NCBI GenBank assembly: GCA_010093995.1
Contig: ML992536.1
Coordinates: forward strand, 1-47,072
Length of the DNA stretch: 47,072 bases
Reading direction: 5' to 3'
Origin: Elsinoe ampelina
Taxonomy: Eukaryota
The notes under the pieces: generated by a model
Database searches by the model: none
What the model was told of the DNA's origin: nothing
What the model saw: the letters and a program-made list of their open reading frames with translations, nothing else
Translations under genes and position numbers: made by a program
In this document: positions 23,849 through 35,085 of the stretch, piece by piece
Layout: the number at the start of each line of letters is the position of its first letter
Numbering within the stretch: the stretch's first letter is position 1

Positions 23849-25407
23849 TCATGAGCTGGAGAGGCGCAGATCAGAGAAGAAGCGGAGGAAGGCGTTCTTC
23901 TTGGGCATGGGCTTGATGCGGGAGACGTAGGTGACCATGGGCCCGACGATCTCGCCATTGTCAGCCAGGATGGTAGGTTTTGGTAGTGAGGGGATCTTGG
24001 CCAAGGTCGGTTGTTCTGATAGGCGCTGGACGTTGTCGACGTCGATGCCTTGGGCCCTGGCACGCTCGAGTGTCTTCTCATTGTTCTCCTTCCAGGCTGC
24101 GTCGATGGCAGACCACTTTTGTTCGGTCATCTTGAGAGTGTTGGAGGTTGGGCCGTAGTCCTCGCTGACTCTATTTGCGTGAACCAGGTATTGCTTGCGA
24201 GCTGACTCCCAGTCCTCAACCAAGGTCCTGCAAGATTCCAGGTCGTATACCGCTGGCAGGTAGGGAGCCGGCCAGATGTCAAAGTTGGCATGGCCAAGAC
24301 GGTCAGCCCACTCGTCTGCAAGGTGCTCGAATGGACCCGTTGGACCCATCTCGATGGAGTTACGAGACTGGCTGTATGCGAATGAGGCGGTGGACGGCCT
24401 GGTAGAAAGAGTGGGACTCTGGACGGTGGAGGCAACCGGAGTGACAGAAGCAGACGGGAAAGTGAACATTGGCTGATCCGCGACGGTCGGGGACTGAAGT
24501 GGGGACTGTACAGATCCCGTTTCGCTCTGCTTCCTCTCCATCATACAGGGTGGGAGTAGCGGGGTGGAGGCCAAAGCCTTGCGGTCGATTGGGTCCTCGA
24601 CCTGCGTTGAGAGGGAGATGTCCGAAGGAGTAGGTTGGAAAGAGTGGATGTGCTGAGGAAGAGCAGGAACTTCTGGAATTGGCGGAGAGTCCATGGCAAA
24701 GTCAGAGACATCAATGTTTGACGCCAATGATTTGGTCACGGAAGGAGACCTGATAGACGGCGCGCGTGAAGCTGGAGCACTGCGCACACCGTGGAAAGCG
24801 AGTGATGAGAAAGAGCGTTTGTCGCGAAGCTTGCGCGACAGTGATGGCATGCGCTGGCTGAGTCGCGTTTTCAGAGTTGTCGCTGGAGATGTGTCGTGCT
24901 CTCGGATCTTCTTTGGGCTCGGGCAGTCGGTGTCGCTTCTGAAACCGTCCGAGAGGTCGTAGTCCATGCTTGCGCGTGAAGTCCAGGAAGAGTAAAAATC
25001 AGATTCGTCTACATGGATGGTCAGTATGATATCAGCTTGCGGTCCATATCATGCCTACCATTGGAGAAGGAGGGAGCACGGTCACGGCAGTCATAGTCGA
25101 AGCTGTCCTCACGCTCGCTGGGGTCCTCGACCAGATCATGAAGCATAGATTTTGGCGGCAGAGTTGGGGACTCTGGGCGATCGCATGCTGGTGGAGTAGA
25201 GGCCAAGGAAGAGGTCGAGCTAGCGACACGTGAGTGATCCGGTAGTGAGAAAGTCGGCGTTCCAGGTGTTGGGTAATCGGAGCTGCCAGAATTCTGAGAT
25301 GAGCCTCTAGAGTGAGAAGAGGGCATCTGCGGTGAAATGTCCATAGTAGACATCTTCGCGGCTGAGGTCGTGTCGATGGTCAGCAGAGGATTTGATGGTA
25401 ACCTCAT
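23849..25407 (-). CDS. Pro/Ser-rich fungal hypothetical protein, ~502 aa; intron 25058-25009
   Basis: Two ORFs joined in frame by a GTAGGC...ACTGAC...TAG intron. Ordered-looking C-terminal block DEWADRLGHANFDIWPAPY...YGPTS...EIVGPM. Confidence 0.8.
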
Positions 25408-28400
25408 GATTGATGCGCCGTGTGAAGGTTGAGAAGAGTCCAGTTCAACCAGGGAGGCTATTGCCTGTAGAAAAGAAAGGTGGTATCGAGATGCTTGATG
25501 ATACTGACATTCGCGACAAGTCAGTCAAAAGTCCAAAGCTGTGTTGAGCTGTTTCGAATTGTTGTGTTGATGGGGATGCGCCGCAGTGTTTTGCTGCCAG
25601 GAATTTCTTTGGTGGGGTAGGATCGGTGGCTCCGGTTCGTGGGAATGTCTCGGATGGGATTGTAGAGAAGGTGACGTCCAGCAATTGCGTTGACCAGATG
25701 CTATAGAGCAGCGACGAAGGGAAGGTGATGACCGTAAGGACCAGGCGCAGAGATGTCAAAGTGATAGAGAATCACCAGAGCAGAAACAAAAGGACGATCG
25801 GGCAGGTGGAGGGGAGAGCTTCAATGATTTTCAAGGGCGGCTCTGCGGGTGGTGCAAATCAGAAAATCAACGACCGGCGACGACAAAAGGGAAAGGATTT
25901 GCGATGCGCCTGGTGGCCGCACTAAATTAAGTCGAGAGGCACACCACAGACAGTTGGGATCAATCCCATGCCCGACAGCCTTTCTTGGGTCCTTGGGAAC
26001 AAAAAGTCTCTCGATCGCAGCGAAAGGTGGGTGCGAAAAAGTGCGGGCGCGGAAGTTCGCAAAGTGGATGCAGGGCCAGCATTGACAGAAACTGACAGCG
26101 GCAGCGAGTCAGGACCATCTACGCCGAGCTAACCATGCGGGGAGATGTCATCCTTGCAGGTTCTTGCAGGAAACATTTTTTCTTTCTGGTACGGAGTAGG
26201 CTGGCGGTCGCATGCTGGGTCGCACGGCCAGGTGCCTCTCTCTCTGTTTGTTCAAGGCGTGTTTCGTGTGGCATCCCGGACAGCACCACACGATCACGTT
26301 CTTCTTGCCCACTTGCTCCCATGCTTTGATGTGGTCCGATCTTTGGAAAAGTGGTTGGCTCCATAAACAGAATACTGCTTCGACTTCCATATCGCCAAGC
26401 AGGCCGACCACGACCTCGTTGCCTCGCTTGGAGACAAGGCGCCTTCCTTCCACCACACCAATGCAAGGGACAGTGACGCCGCCAGCCCTCCCGGATGTTC
26501 AGTCTGTCCCACCATGACTCTGCGGCATCTACTGTATCCTCAACGGTTGCCGCTACAGCAGGGCATTATTGTGCTTTATGCCACGGTACACAAGTCATGT
26601 ATCTGTACATGATCTTGACAGGTCCTTACAAATCCTTGTCGTAAAGACCCGTCAAGCCATCATGGACAGCGAGCAAAACCGCATCGGCGGGACTCGCCGT
26701 GCACAAGAACAAGCAAAATCCGGTTGAAGATCGACAACCACTGCATAGTCCACGCAAGGAACGCACTGTTCAGCTCGGTCTGCTCAGCCACCAGAAACAC
26801 AGCATTTGCACTTGTGCTTGTCTTTCCTGGGAAGTCGAGCACAAAGCCAGTCAAAACTGGTTCTATTGACAAAGACACGACATAGGTCGCACAAGAACAG
26901 CGATCGATTGACCTGTCTTGATATTTGACAGCCGTGTGTGACATGTGCAACAGGTGCCTGAACAGCGCACATCCACCCAGACCGACGGGAGATGGCGCCG
27001 ACGATCCCCGTCCGGCTTTTCTCTTTGGACCTCCCCAACCAGCCCTTTTCTTCCTGCCGACACCTTTTTCTTACAGCTCTAAGCGAGCTCTTGTCCTCGG
27101 CCGGCGATTCATTCCCTTCGTCCTTCGTCGTCGGCGGCTGATGTTGGCCTTCGATTCACGATTCAGATCCAGGAGAACATGTTCTGCCGTTACTCCCTGC
27201 TGCACACGACAGCAGTCCGTAGCCTTGCAGCGCCAACACTTGCTTCGTTTTTCCCGCAGACCCGGAAACACTGCAAGCGACGTGTGTGTACCTTTACCAT
27301 GGCTGCCACGTAGCTCGACATGCAAGCCCGAGGGCTGACAAAAAGCAAGCTCGGCCAAATCACATCTCCAGCGCATCGCCATCCGACATATGTCTACCAC
27401 TGGTACGGACAAAGTGACAGCAGAGCCGACAATTCCGCCGGCCTGTTAACTTTGTTGGTTCCTGGTCCGTCTCTGCCACTATTTGCTTAGCTTCAGGCAC
27501 CAAAACAGAACTCAACAGGACCATTTTTCGGCTCAATGCTCAATCGCACCAATAGCATTCGTCCCTCGAGGGAAAATATCGCAAATTCACCACTGTGCCC
27601 CATCAGAATCCTTGCCTGCGATTTCTGTTGCCGAGGCGCTTGACTCTGCTTCTTTTCAGCCAGCAGTTCTGTGGGATGTGCCCCGTCGTTCCACGGTCCT
27701 GACTCTTCACGATGATCTCCACGTGGGATAATCTCGACGTTCCTCACTTGCAGCATTGAGAAGCTCTCTCCAGAAAGCTGGAACGTGATCATCGACTATC
27801 ACTGCAAATCGCCGCGTGGCGGGAACGTCTATAGCAGCATCTCATCGCTAGATGTCCTGGCCGTTTCCTATCTCACCTGCGCCATGAGGTTAGATCACGC
27901 CCACCGTTGGGGGAAACACGCTTTTTCCCGTTGCGGCTGCATTCGGGGCAGCAAGGTTGATCAACTCCTAATCCTTCCTCGTCAAGACTCCTTCAGCATT
28001 GCCATCACCCTTGCACAATCCAAGCATCGCGTCATGATTGCTGAACGATCGCGACTCGACCCCTAACGTGTAAAGTGCTCGCGCTGGGGTGGAGATTTGA
28101 CATGCCCCAACTCTCGTCTCGCTCAATTTTACCACAGTGGAGATATCCCTCTGCTCAGTGCGTCCTCCCAACTCCACACGCACAGAAAAACTTTGCACGC
28201 TCGACCGGAGTCGCAACTGACGGCACGGGTTTTTGTTGGAGTAACTCTGCCGTCAATCGAGTCGAGACTCATGAACGGGGATTGTCTTTCCTTTCATGGT
28301 CCATGGAATGCAAGCTCTTTGCATGGATCAAACTTACCCTGCTCATGTTGCATTGTCACGCATATGGATCCGCTGGCTGGGATGCTGCTATGATCTCTTG

Positions 28401-28756
28401 AAGGGCCCTTAAGGGTCGACAAGAGTTCTCCGATCAAACCCTGACACCTTTTCATTGTGGGCCATACTGGAGGAACCCTTGAGCGAAATGAGGGGTCTGC
28501 CATCCTTCTCCGGCGTGGCAGACTCACCGATCAACTTGACTTGGCCTCATAGCGAGCGCAGTATGCTGAACAATACGAGCTGCCGTGGAGAGGAACATAG
28601 TCAATCGCATCGATTGTGCCTGAATATTGGTAAGAAGGTAGGTACTAAAGACATCTCCTCGATATTCCTTATCCCCTTCGTCCCGACCAATCAGAAGGCA
28701 CGAGTAACACCTTGTGCGAGCCCTTCCCAACTGTCTCACGCTCCACAGCCGCCGCA

Positions 28757-29289
28757 ATGACTTTACTTCAAGCTCAAGCATCACCCGAGAAGCCCTACTA
28801 CGCATCTTGAAATACGAAGACGCCCCTGCCCAAACCCATCTACTCATCGACGTACGCCGTACCGATCACGAGGTGCCTTTCCCCCTTGCCGTGACTCCCC
28901 ACAAACATCCCCCCAGGCCTTTGCCAAACTGACTGACTGACCGATTACCTGCCTGCCTGACCGACCGACTGACCGCTCCGTAGGGCGGCACGATCCACTC
29001 CTCCCTCAACCTCCCCGCGCAGACTTTCTACCACTCCCGCTCCACGCTGGCGCGTCTGTGCGTCGCGGCAAAAGTGACGGTAGTTGTTTTCTACTGCGGC
29101 TCGTCCAGAGGTAGGGGCCCGAGATGCGCGGGCTGGTTCGCGGATTACCTCGTCGACCATGGCATCGAGGGGGTGCAGAGCGTGGTGCTTGAGGGTGGGG
29201 TGAAGGGGTGGGTCAGGGCGGGGAGGGAGTATATCGAGCTCATGGACGGGTTTGAGGGGGGAAAGTGGGCGGAGGGAGGACAGGAGTAG
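28757..29289 (+). CDS. Cdc25/rhodanese-fold arsenate reductase/phosphatase-like protein (Acr2/Ych1/Ibp1 family); intron 28873-28983; start unresolved
   Basis: LLIDVRRTDHE|GGTIHSSLNLPAQ, active-site FYCGSSRGRGPR (CX5R) and LEGGVKGW. The nearest ATG (28757) is out of frame with the conserved region. Confidence 0.8.
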
Positions 29290-29306
29290 TCAAGAGGGAG
29301 TAGTCG

Positions 29307-29819
29307 TTACTTCAGCTTGTCGTCGATGTCAGCGGAGAAGCTGCCTGGGAAGCGAGACTGGATCTCGGCGGAGTCTTTGGTGATGTCGTACCAGCTGACG
29401 CGTTGGGAGCCGAAGATGTGCGTGTAGGTGCTGAGGCTTCGGCGTTTCTCTTCCGTGTCGATGCTGCTTTCGTTGATGGAGCCGAGGGTGATGGCGAGGT
29501 GGGGTTTGGGCTTGAGGTAGATCATGGTGAGGGGGGAGTGGCATCTTTTGCAGGCTCCTCGAATGGCCACGTCGGAGAGTTTGAAGGTGTCGAAGTGTGC
29601 ATGGTCGGGTTGGATGGTGGTTGCGTCTACCTGGCCGGATGGACTGTTGATGTGAACCGCAGAGGGTTCGAAGTCGGCGAAGGGTAGGAATGGACTACCG
29701 CTGAGCTTGCGACATGTTACACAGTTGCAGAAGTTGACAGACAGTGGTAGTGTTGTGGTAGTGAAGGTGATATCGCCACATGCACAGCTGCCGGAAAAGA
29801 CAATCTTTGGATCTGCCAT
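29307..29819 (-). CDS. GFA/Mss4-like (DUF636/CENP-V-type) zinc-binding protein, ~170 aa
   Basis: GSCACG, CNCVTCRKLSG, RGACKRCHSPL and HIF motifs. ATG at 29819 (the ORF track start is a GTG). Confidence 0.88.
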   Translation of the reverse strand: MADPKIVFSGSCACGDITFTTTTLPLSVNFCNCVTCRKLSGSPFLPFADFEPSAVHINSPSGQVDATTIQPDHAHFDTFKLSDVAIRGACKRCHSPLTMIYLKPKPHLAITLGSINESSIDTEEKRRSLSTYTHIFGSQRVSWYDITKDSAEIQSRFPGSFSADIDDKLK

Positions 29820-30070
29820 GCTTGAATACGGATGATTGTTCACTCCGTGGGAGCTTGAAGCTTATCTATATTATTCCAAACATTACATACAAGTCAATCT
29901 GATTGGTCAATTCCTGAGCAACGCCCTTCAATTGCCCCTTCCGATAACCACGATCAGTCAGCATGCGCTATCCTTGGCGTTCGGATTTTGTGGAGCTCTG
30001 TTTTCGCCGCTATCAAAACTTCGCCTCTCCCTCCCTCACGGCCCCCAGCGGCCACCACACCTCCCACAAC

Positions 30071-31378
30071 ATGGCCGTCTCACGCACCCTACGGCCGAGC
30101 CTTTGCGCTCTACGCCCTCTACCTTGCCGCATATCTCTCCACCCTTCCCGCCTCTCCTCCACTGCCTCGACCTCCCCCTCGACCGAACCCATCTCCCCTC
30201 CCATCCCACCACTCACGCCCGCCGCTCCTCTCGACCGCCGCTCCACCCTCCGATCCGCCCCTCCCTTCTCCTCCTTCCTCACCGACATCTTCGGCCGCCA
30301 ACACGACTACCTCCGCATCTCCCTCACCGAGCGCTGCAACCTACGCTGCACATACTGCATGCCCTCGGCCGGCGTGCCCTTGTCGCCCGACGCCGACCTC
30401 CTCACCACCCCGGAAATCGTGTACCTCTCCTCCCTCTTCGTCGCGCAAGGAGTGCGCAAGATCCGGCTCACGGGCGGGGAGCCGACGGTGCGGGGGGACT
30501 TTATGGATCTTCTCGGGCAGATCGGGGGGCTGAAGAGCAAGGGGCTGCGCGAGTTGGCGATCACGACGAATGGGTTGATGTTGGAGCGGAAGGTGGAGGG
30601 GATGGTGGAGAGGGGGTTGACGGGGGTGAATGTCAGTTTGGATACGTTGGAGGAGGGAATGTTTGAGATTATGACGAGGAGGATGGGGTGGGGGAAGGTG
30701 ATGAGGGGGATTGAGAGGGTGCTGGAGATGAATCAGGCGGGGGCCGGGGTGAAGTTGAAGGTGAATTGTGTGGTTATGAGAGGGGTCAATGATGGGGAGG
30801 TGGTGGATTTTGTGGAGATGACGCGGGATAAGGATTTGGAGGTGAGGTTCATTGAGTATATGCCTTTTGATGGGAATAAGTGGGCGGAGAAGAAGATGGT
30901 GGGGTATATGGAGATGGTGGAGAGGATTAGGGCGAGGTATCCTGGGTTGAGGCGGGTCGGGGACGGGAGGAATGAGACGAGTAAGACGTGGGAGGTTGAG
31001 GGATTCAAGGGGAAGATTGGGTTCATCACGAGCATGACGCATAATTTCTGTGGGACGTGTAATAGGCTGAGGATCACGAGTGATGGGAATCTGAAGGTGT
31101 GTTTATTTGGGAATAGCGAGGTCAGCTTGAGGGACATGATGAGGAGGGATAATGAGGGGAGACCTATGGATGAGGAGGCGTTTGAGGCCGTACGAGAGAT
31201 TGAGATGAACAGACGCCAAGGACTGGTAGGAGTAACAGGACCACCAGCTTGGATAGATCGAGAGACGGAGCTTCTGAACATAATCGGTATGGCAGTCAAG
31301 CGGAAAAAGGAGAAGCATGCTGGGATGGGTCAGCTGGAGAACATGAAGAACAGGCCTATGATATTGATCGGTGGGTAG
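30071..31378 (+). CDS. cnxABC: Molybdenum cofactor biosynthesis GTP 3',8-cyclase (MoaA/MOCS1A), intron-retained form ending in Gly-Gly
   Basis: Radical-SAM CNLRCTYC, IRLTGGEP, second cluster CGTC...KVC, C-terminal RPMILIGG*. Mitochondrial-type presequence from the ATG at 30071 (CACAACATGG). Confidence 0.93.
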   Translation: MAVSRTLRPSLCALRPLPCRISLHPSRLSSTASTSPSTEPISPPIPPLTPAAPLDRRSTLRSAPPFSSFLTDIFGRQHDYLRISLTERCNLRCTYCMPSAGVPLSPDADLLTTPEIVYLSSLFVAQGVRKIRLTGGEPTVRGDFMDLLGQIGGLKSKGLRELAITTNGLMLERKVEGMVERGLTGVNVSLDTLEEGMFEIMTRRMGWGKVMRGIERVLEMNQAGAGVKLKVNCVVMRGVNDGEVVDFVEMTRDKDLEVRFIEYMPFDGNKWAEKKMVGYMEMVERIRARYPGLRRVGDGRNETSKTWEVEGFKGKIGFITSMTHNFCGTCNRLRITSDGNLKVCLFGNSEVSLRDMMRRDNEGRPMDEEAFEAVREIEMNRRQGLVGVTGPPAWIDRETELLNIIGMAVKRKKEKHAGMGQLENMKNRPMILIGG

Positions 31379-31454
31379 GTTCATGTGTCTCTTTACTTCT
31401 CTGGATATTTTTATGATCAGCGGCATGATGGACATGGGGCTGACGGATACAAAG

Positions 31455-32707
31455 ATGAGAGCCAGAAGAGCATTGCACCCTCAAATCGATTTCAGCCATT
31501 CTCGAGAGGCTGGCCTCTTGCAGGAACTGCGCTGCGACCATTCAGCATACCTCTACATCTGCTTGGACAACAACATCCATCTCTTGGCGGTGGCGCTGTG
31601 CGGTATCTGAGCAATAGGTACAGTAGACCACCGGTGCTCAGGAGACGCGGAAGATCCGGTGTCTCCATGCCAAATACGCAATCCGTGGATGAGCGATTTA
31701 CTTCAGATGATGACATTGGCAGCGAGCAGCCACGACCTGCCCATGGACAGGACGGCAAACACGATGAACCTACAAACGCACACACCTCGACACATTCTAC
31801 TCAAGAAGCCAGAGGGTTGGGCATTATCAGAAAACATCCGGTCGGCCGCCGCTTCAGTGCACCACGCCGCTCTCACGGTGATCATTTCGACGTGCCTCTT
31901 TCACGAGGCACCAGAACGGCCACGCGAGCCATACCAAAAGGGCTCAGAACGCGCCGCAATTTCCCAGCCTTTTCCGACACACCTTCAGACCCAGTCTCCG
32001 AGATCAGCCCTGACGACACCGCCACCTGGACCAAATCCACCACGGAGCCCCCCACTCCTCCGACACCCACTCCGCCTCCCTCCTCTCCTGTCCCCCCTCA
32101 CCCCCTCACCCACATTTCCCCCACCGGCACCGTCTCCATGGTCAACATCTCCAGCAAACCCTCCACGCCTCGCCTCGCCATAGCCCGAGGCCACGTCACC
32201 TTCTCCAACGCAGGCGTAGTCCCACTAATCGCCACCAACTCCCTAATCAAAGGCAACGTGCTCACGACCGCCCAAATCGCCGGGATCCAAGCCGCGAAAC
32301 GCACCTCGGACCTCATTCCACTGTGCCATCCTATCCCGCTGACGCACGTCCACGTCGACGTGGTCCCGCGGCTACACCCTGACGCGGAGAAATCCCAAAC
32401 GAGGTGGAGAAACATTGTCGATATTGTAGCGGTGGTGTCCACGACCGGGGCCACGGGGGTGGAGATGGAAGCGTTGGCGGCGGTGGTTGGGGCGGGGTTA
32501 ACCGTGGTGGACATGTGTAAGGCTGTGGATAAGAGGATGAAAATTCAAGGGGTTGCGGTGGTTGGGAAGGCGGGGGGCAGGAGCGGGGTGTATGTGAATA
32601 ATATTCCGGTGAATGGGGGCTTGGTGAGGGATTTGGTAGAGAGAGGGATCGTGGAGAAGGGGTGGTTTGAGGAGGTGTTGGGGGGTGATGGGAAGGGGGA
32701 AGAATGA
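31455..32707 (+). CDS. cnxABC: Linker plus MoaC/MOCS1B cPMP synthase domain; second exon of the MoaA-MoaC fusion (intron 31371-31454)
   Basis: LTHISPTGTVSMVNIS, KGNVLTTAQIAGIQAAKRTSDLIPLCHP, TGVEMEAL, DMCKAVDK and GKAGGRSG. A GTGGGT...GCTGAC...AAG intron joins it in frame to MoaA. Confidence 0.88.
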
Positions 32708-32844
32708 TCGGGGAGGAGAGGGATGTGGGTGTATGCCTGTATTTGTCTATGAGCTCTAGATACCACTTGTGCAGGATGCATGGCATCTGTTCTATATTAC
32801 CGGAATACACATGTCATTCTAACAAGCAGCTGTGCAAAACATGT

Positions 32845-34607
32845 CTAGTACCCTGCCTCTTCCACCTTCTCCGGGAACGCACTCTGCCCGATTCGCATTC
32901 CGCACTCCTTCTTCCAGTCCCTCGGCGTGAACTTATCCACCACATCCTTGAACGCACTCAGCGTACAAAGACTCTCGTCGTCCCGGTAGTGCTTCCCTGG
33001 CGCTCTGCAACCAGGCACGCTCATGACAGCGTCATTATACCGCACCCGCACAAAGAAGCCATCGAGACCCTTGCGTTCACCCTCACTGAGCTCCTGGAGT
33101 GGCGTCCGCGACGACTTCGGCTGCTTGAGTATCCCTGTTGCTGGGCCAAAGATTCGCTCCCACAAGCCACCGGTACTAGCGAACGTCGATTCAGCTGGCA
33201 GAGACTTGCGATCGCGCAGGAGCTCAATGGCGACGTGGCTCGTGTATGGTGGCCATCGCTCGCCCTCGAAGGCACCGAGACTGGTCAGGATGGCAGCGAG
33301 GGTGGTGTCGTGGCATCCGCTCATGGCGAAACGGATGTCTTTGCCGCTAGCGACTTCGTTGCCTTTCACCTTTTGGCTGTGAACTGACTGAGCGCGCTCG
33401 ACTAGTCGGGCAGTGATGTCTCCGACCAGACTGCCGATACCGAGCCGGCGATACTCGTTGCTCTCCGTGTAGCCTGCGAACCATTCTTCGACGCCGATCT
33501 TGTCGATTGCGTCGATGACTTTTTGGTCGTAGAATTCCCTCGGCAGTTTGGTGGCGGAGCCGTGAGCGAGCGTCGAGTTGATCGTGTCCATCACACCACT
33601 GAGACGAGGATGGGAGTCGACTTCGACTTTGGGCGAGTCGGGTGGCATCCATTTTCCGATCTTGGAGGTGACATAGGCGAGCTCGGGTGAATCATTCCAT
33701 ATGCTGGCGGCACGTTCGCCGAAGGCAAGGGCTAGTTGCGAGAAGCGTTTGCAGGAGCCTTCATTCGGGAAAAGAGTCTCGTCGGAAGCCTGGCGAGTGA
33801 TGATATCCGGCGGTGGTAGGTCGGGGGCTCGTGCGGAAGGCGGGTAGAGACCTGAAAGGGCTTGTTGAACGGACTCGAGAGCGCGAGGGATTGGGGTAGC
33901 ACGGATATAAAGCTGATCTTGGACTGAAGCGGTGAGTGTGGCTGGGATGAATTTGAGCTGGTTGACATAAAGGTGGCGTAGACGAGATCCTAAAGCATGG
34001 GTTGTTTGCCGTCCGAGGTCAGTCAACTCGCCAGGAAGACTTTTAGTAGTGGTCAGTGGCACTGCTTCGTCTGTGGTTGTGTGGATACTACCAGATCGTG
34101 TCCTTCTCACCGCCAGGTCCTGATACTAGTGTAGCACTGTCGTCCTTCCCATTGAAAGTCTCGAGTTGACGGCGGAAGCTCATGTGATCCCATTGGTTGT
34201 CACTCTGTAAAAGAGCTGCCCTCAAGTGGCGTGCTGCTGTACAGTATGGCCAATCTGCTGCAATCAGATAAGACGACCTTCGATGTCATTGCTGTACCCA
34301 CACTTTGGGAGTCCCGCCTATAGTCTGATAAGTTCATAGACGATATTATGTCGTTCTCGACTTACATTTTGAAATCGGGCATTGACTGGCGTTCGTTCTC
34401 CTGGTTCTGGTCAGGCCAAGTCGGCTGCATTGACTTGTTTGTGACAAACCATGTCGAAGTAGCTGTAAAGACGGTCAATGACCGTACGATCAAATTGCGT
34501 AGTCAAGGCCAACCTACTACTTGTACTTGCTCCAGTTGCAGTTCCTGGGGATACAGGGTGGCCAACTTCTCTTCCGAGTATGGCTCGCGGGGTCTAAGTG
34601 TTGTCAT
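32845..34607 (-). CDS. Histidine acid phosphatase (clade 2, ACP6-like), ~503 aa, 6 exons
   Basis: Exons 34607-34518, 34462-34450, 34400-34366, 34317-34302, 34254-34092 and 34039-32845 sum to 1,512 nt. Catalytic RHG|ERTP, GELTDLG, RALES and HDTT motifs. Confidence 0.9.
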
Positions 34608-35085
34608 GGCTTATCTGAAAGGGAATCGTCGAATTGGAGCAAGAAGACACTATGTACAAGGGACATATGGTTTCTCCTTTCCCTCAAAACCAGCAAACGA
34701 ATATCAATGCCTATGGACGAGTCATTGTCCAGCACGTGTTGATGCTGACGTTCCGCAACCTTTTCGGCGGGTTACCCTTTTGGGGTCGGAAAGGATGACT
34801 CGCGTTTGCCCGTTAATCTTCGATATATTACTCGAAGACCTCCAAGAAAGTTCAAGGGTTCTGGTAGTACTTGGAAATGGCTAGCAAGCACTTCACCCGC
34901 TGGGAGAATCACATATGTTCAACGCTGGACACGCGAAGAAAAGTTGAGTCTGTCACTGATTGGTACGTGAAGTCGGATGGGAGGTGAGCGCTTCACCTAC
35001 TTGCAGCTCGATGTCTCTTTCGATTGAGCACTCGACTTGTTAGAGCAGACTTTCAAGGACAAGAGCTAGGTACCTCGATTCCACA

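Noticed and set aside
25445..28700. Numerous 60-140 aa ORFs
   Set aside because: Overlapping, motif-free, chance-level ORFs in GC-balanced intergenic DNA.
29836..31435. Long Pro/His-rich alternative-frame and antisense ORFs over MoaA (similar ones over the PPR gene and GAD)
   Set aside because: Artefacts of the extreme C/G skew, which suppresses stop codons.
28757..34607. Arsenic/molybdenum/phosphate functional gene cluster
   Set aside because: No Acr3 transporter, ArsM or regulator; the neighbours are ordinary housekeeping genes.
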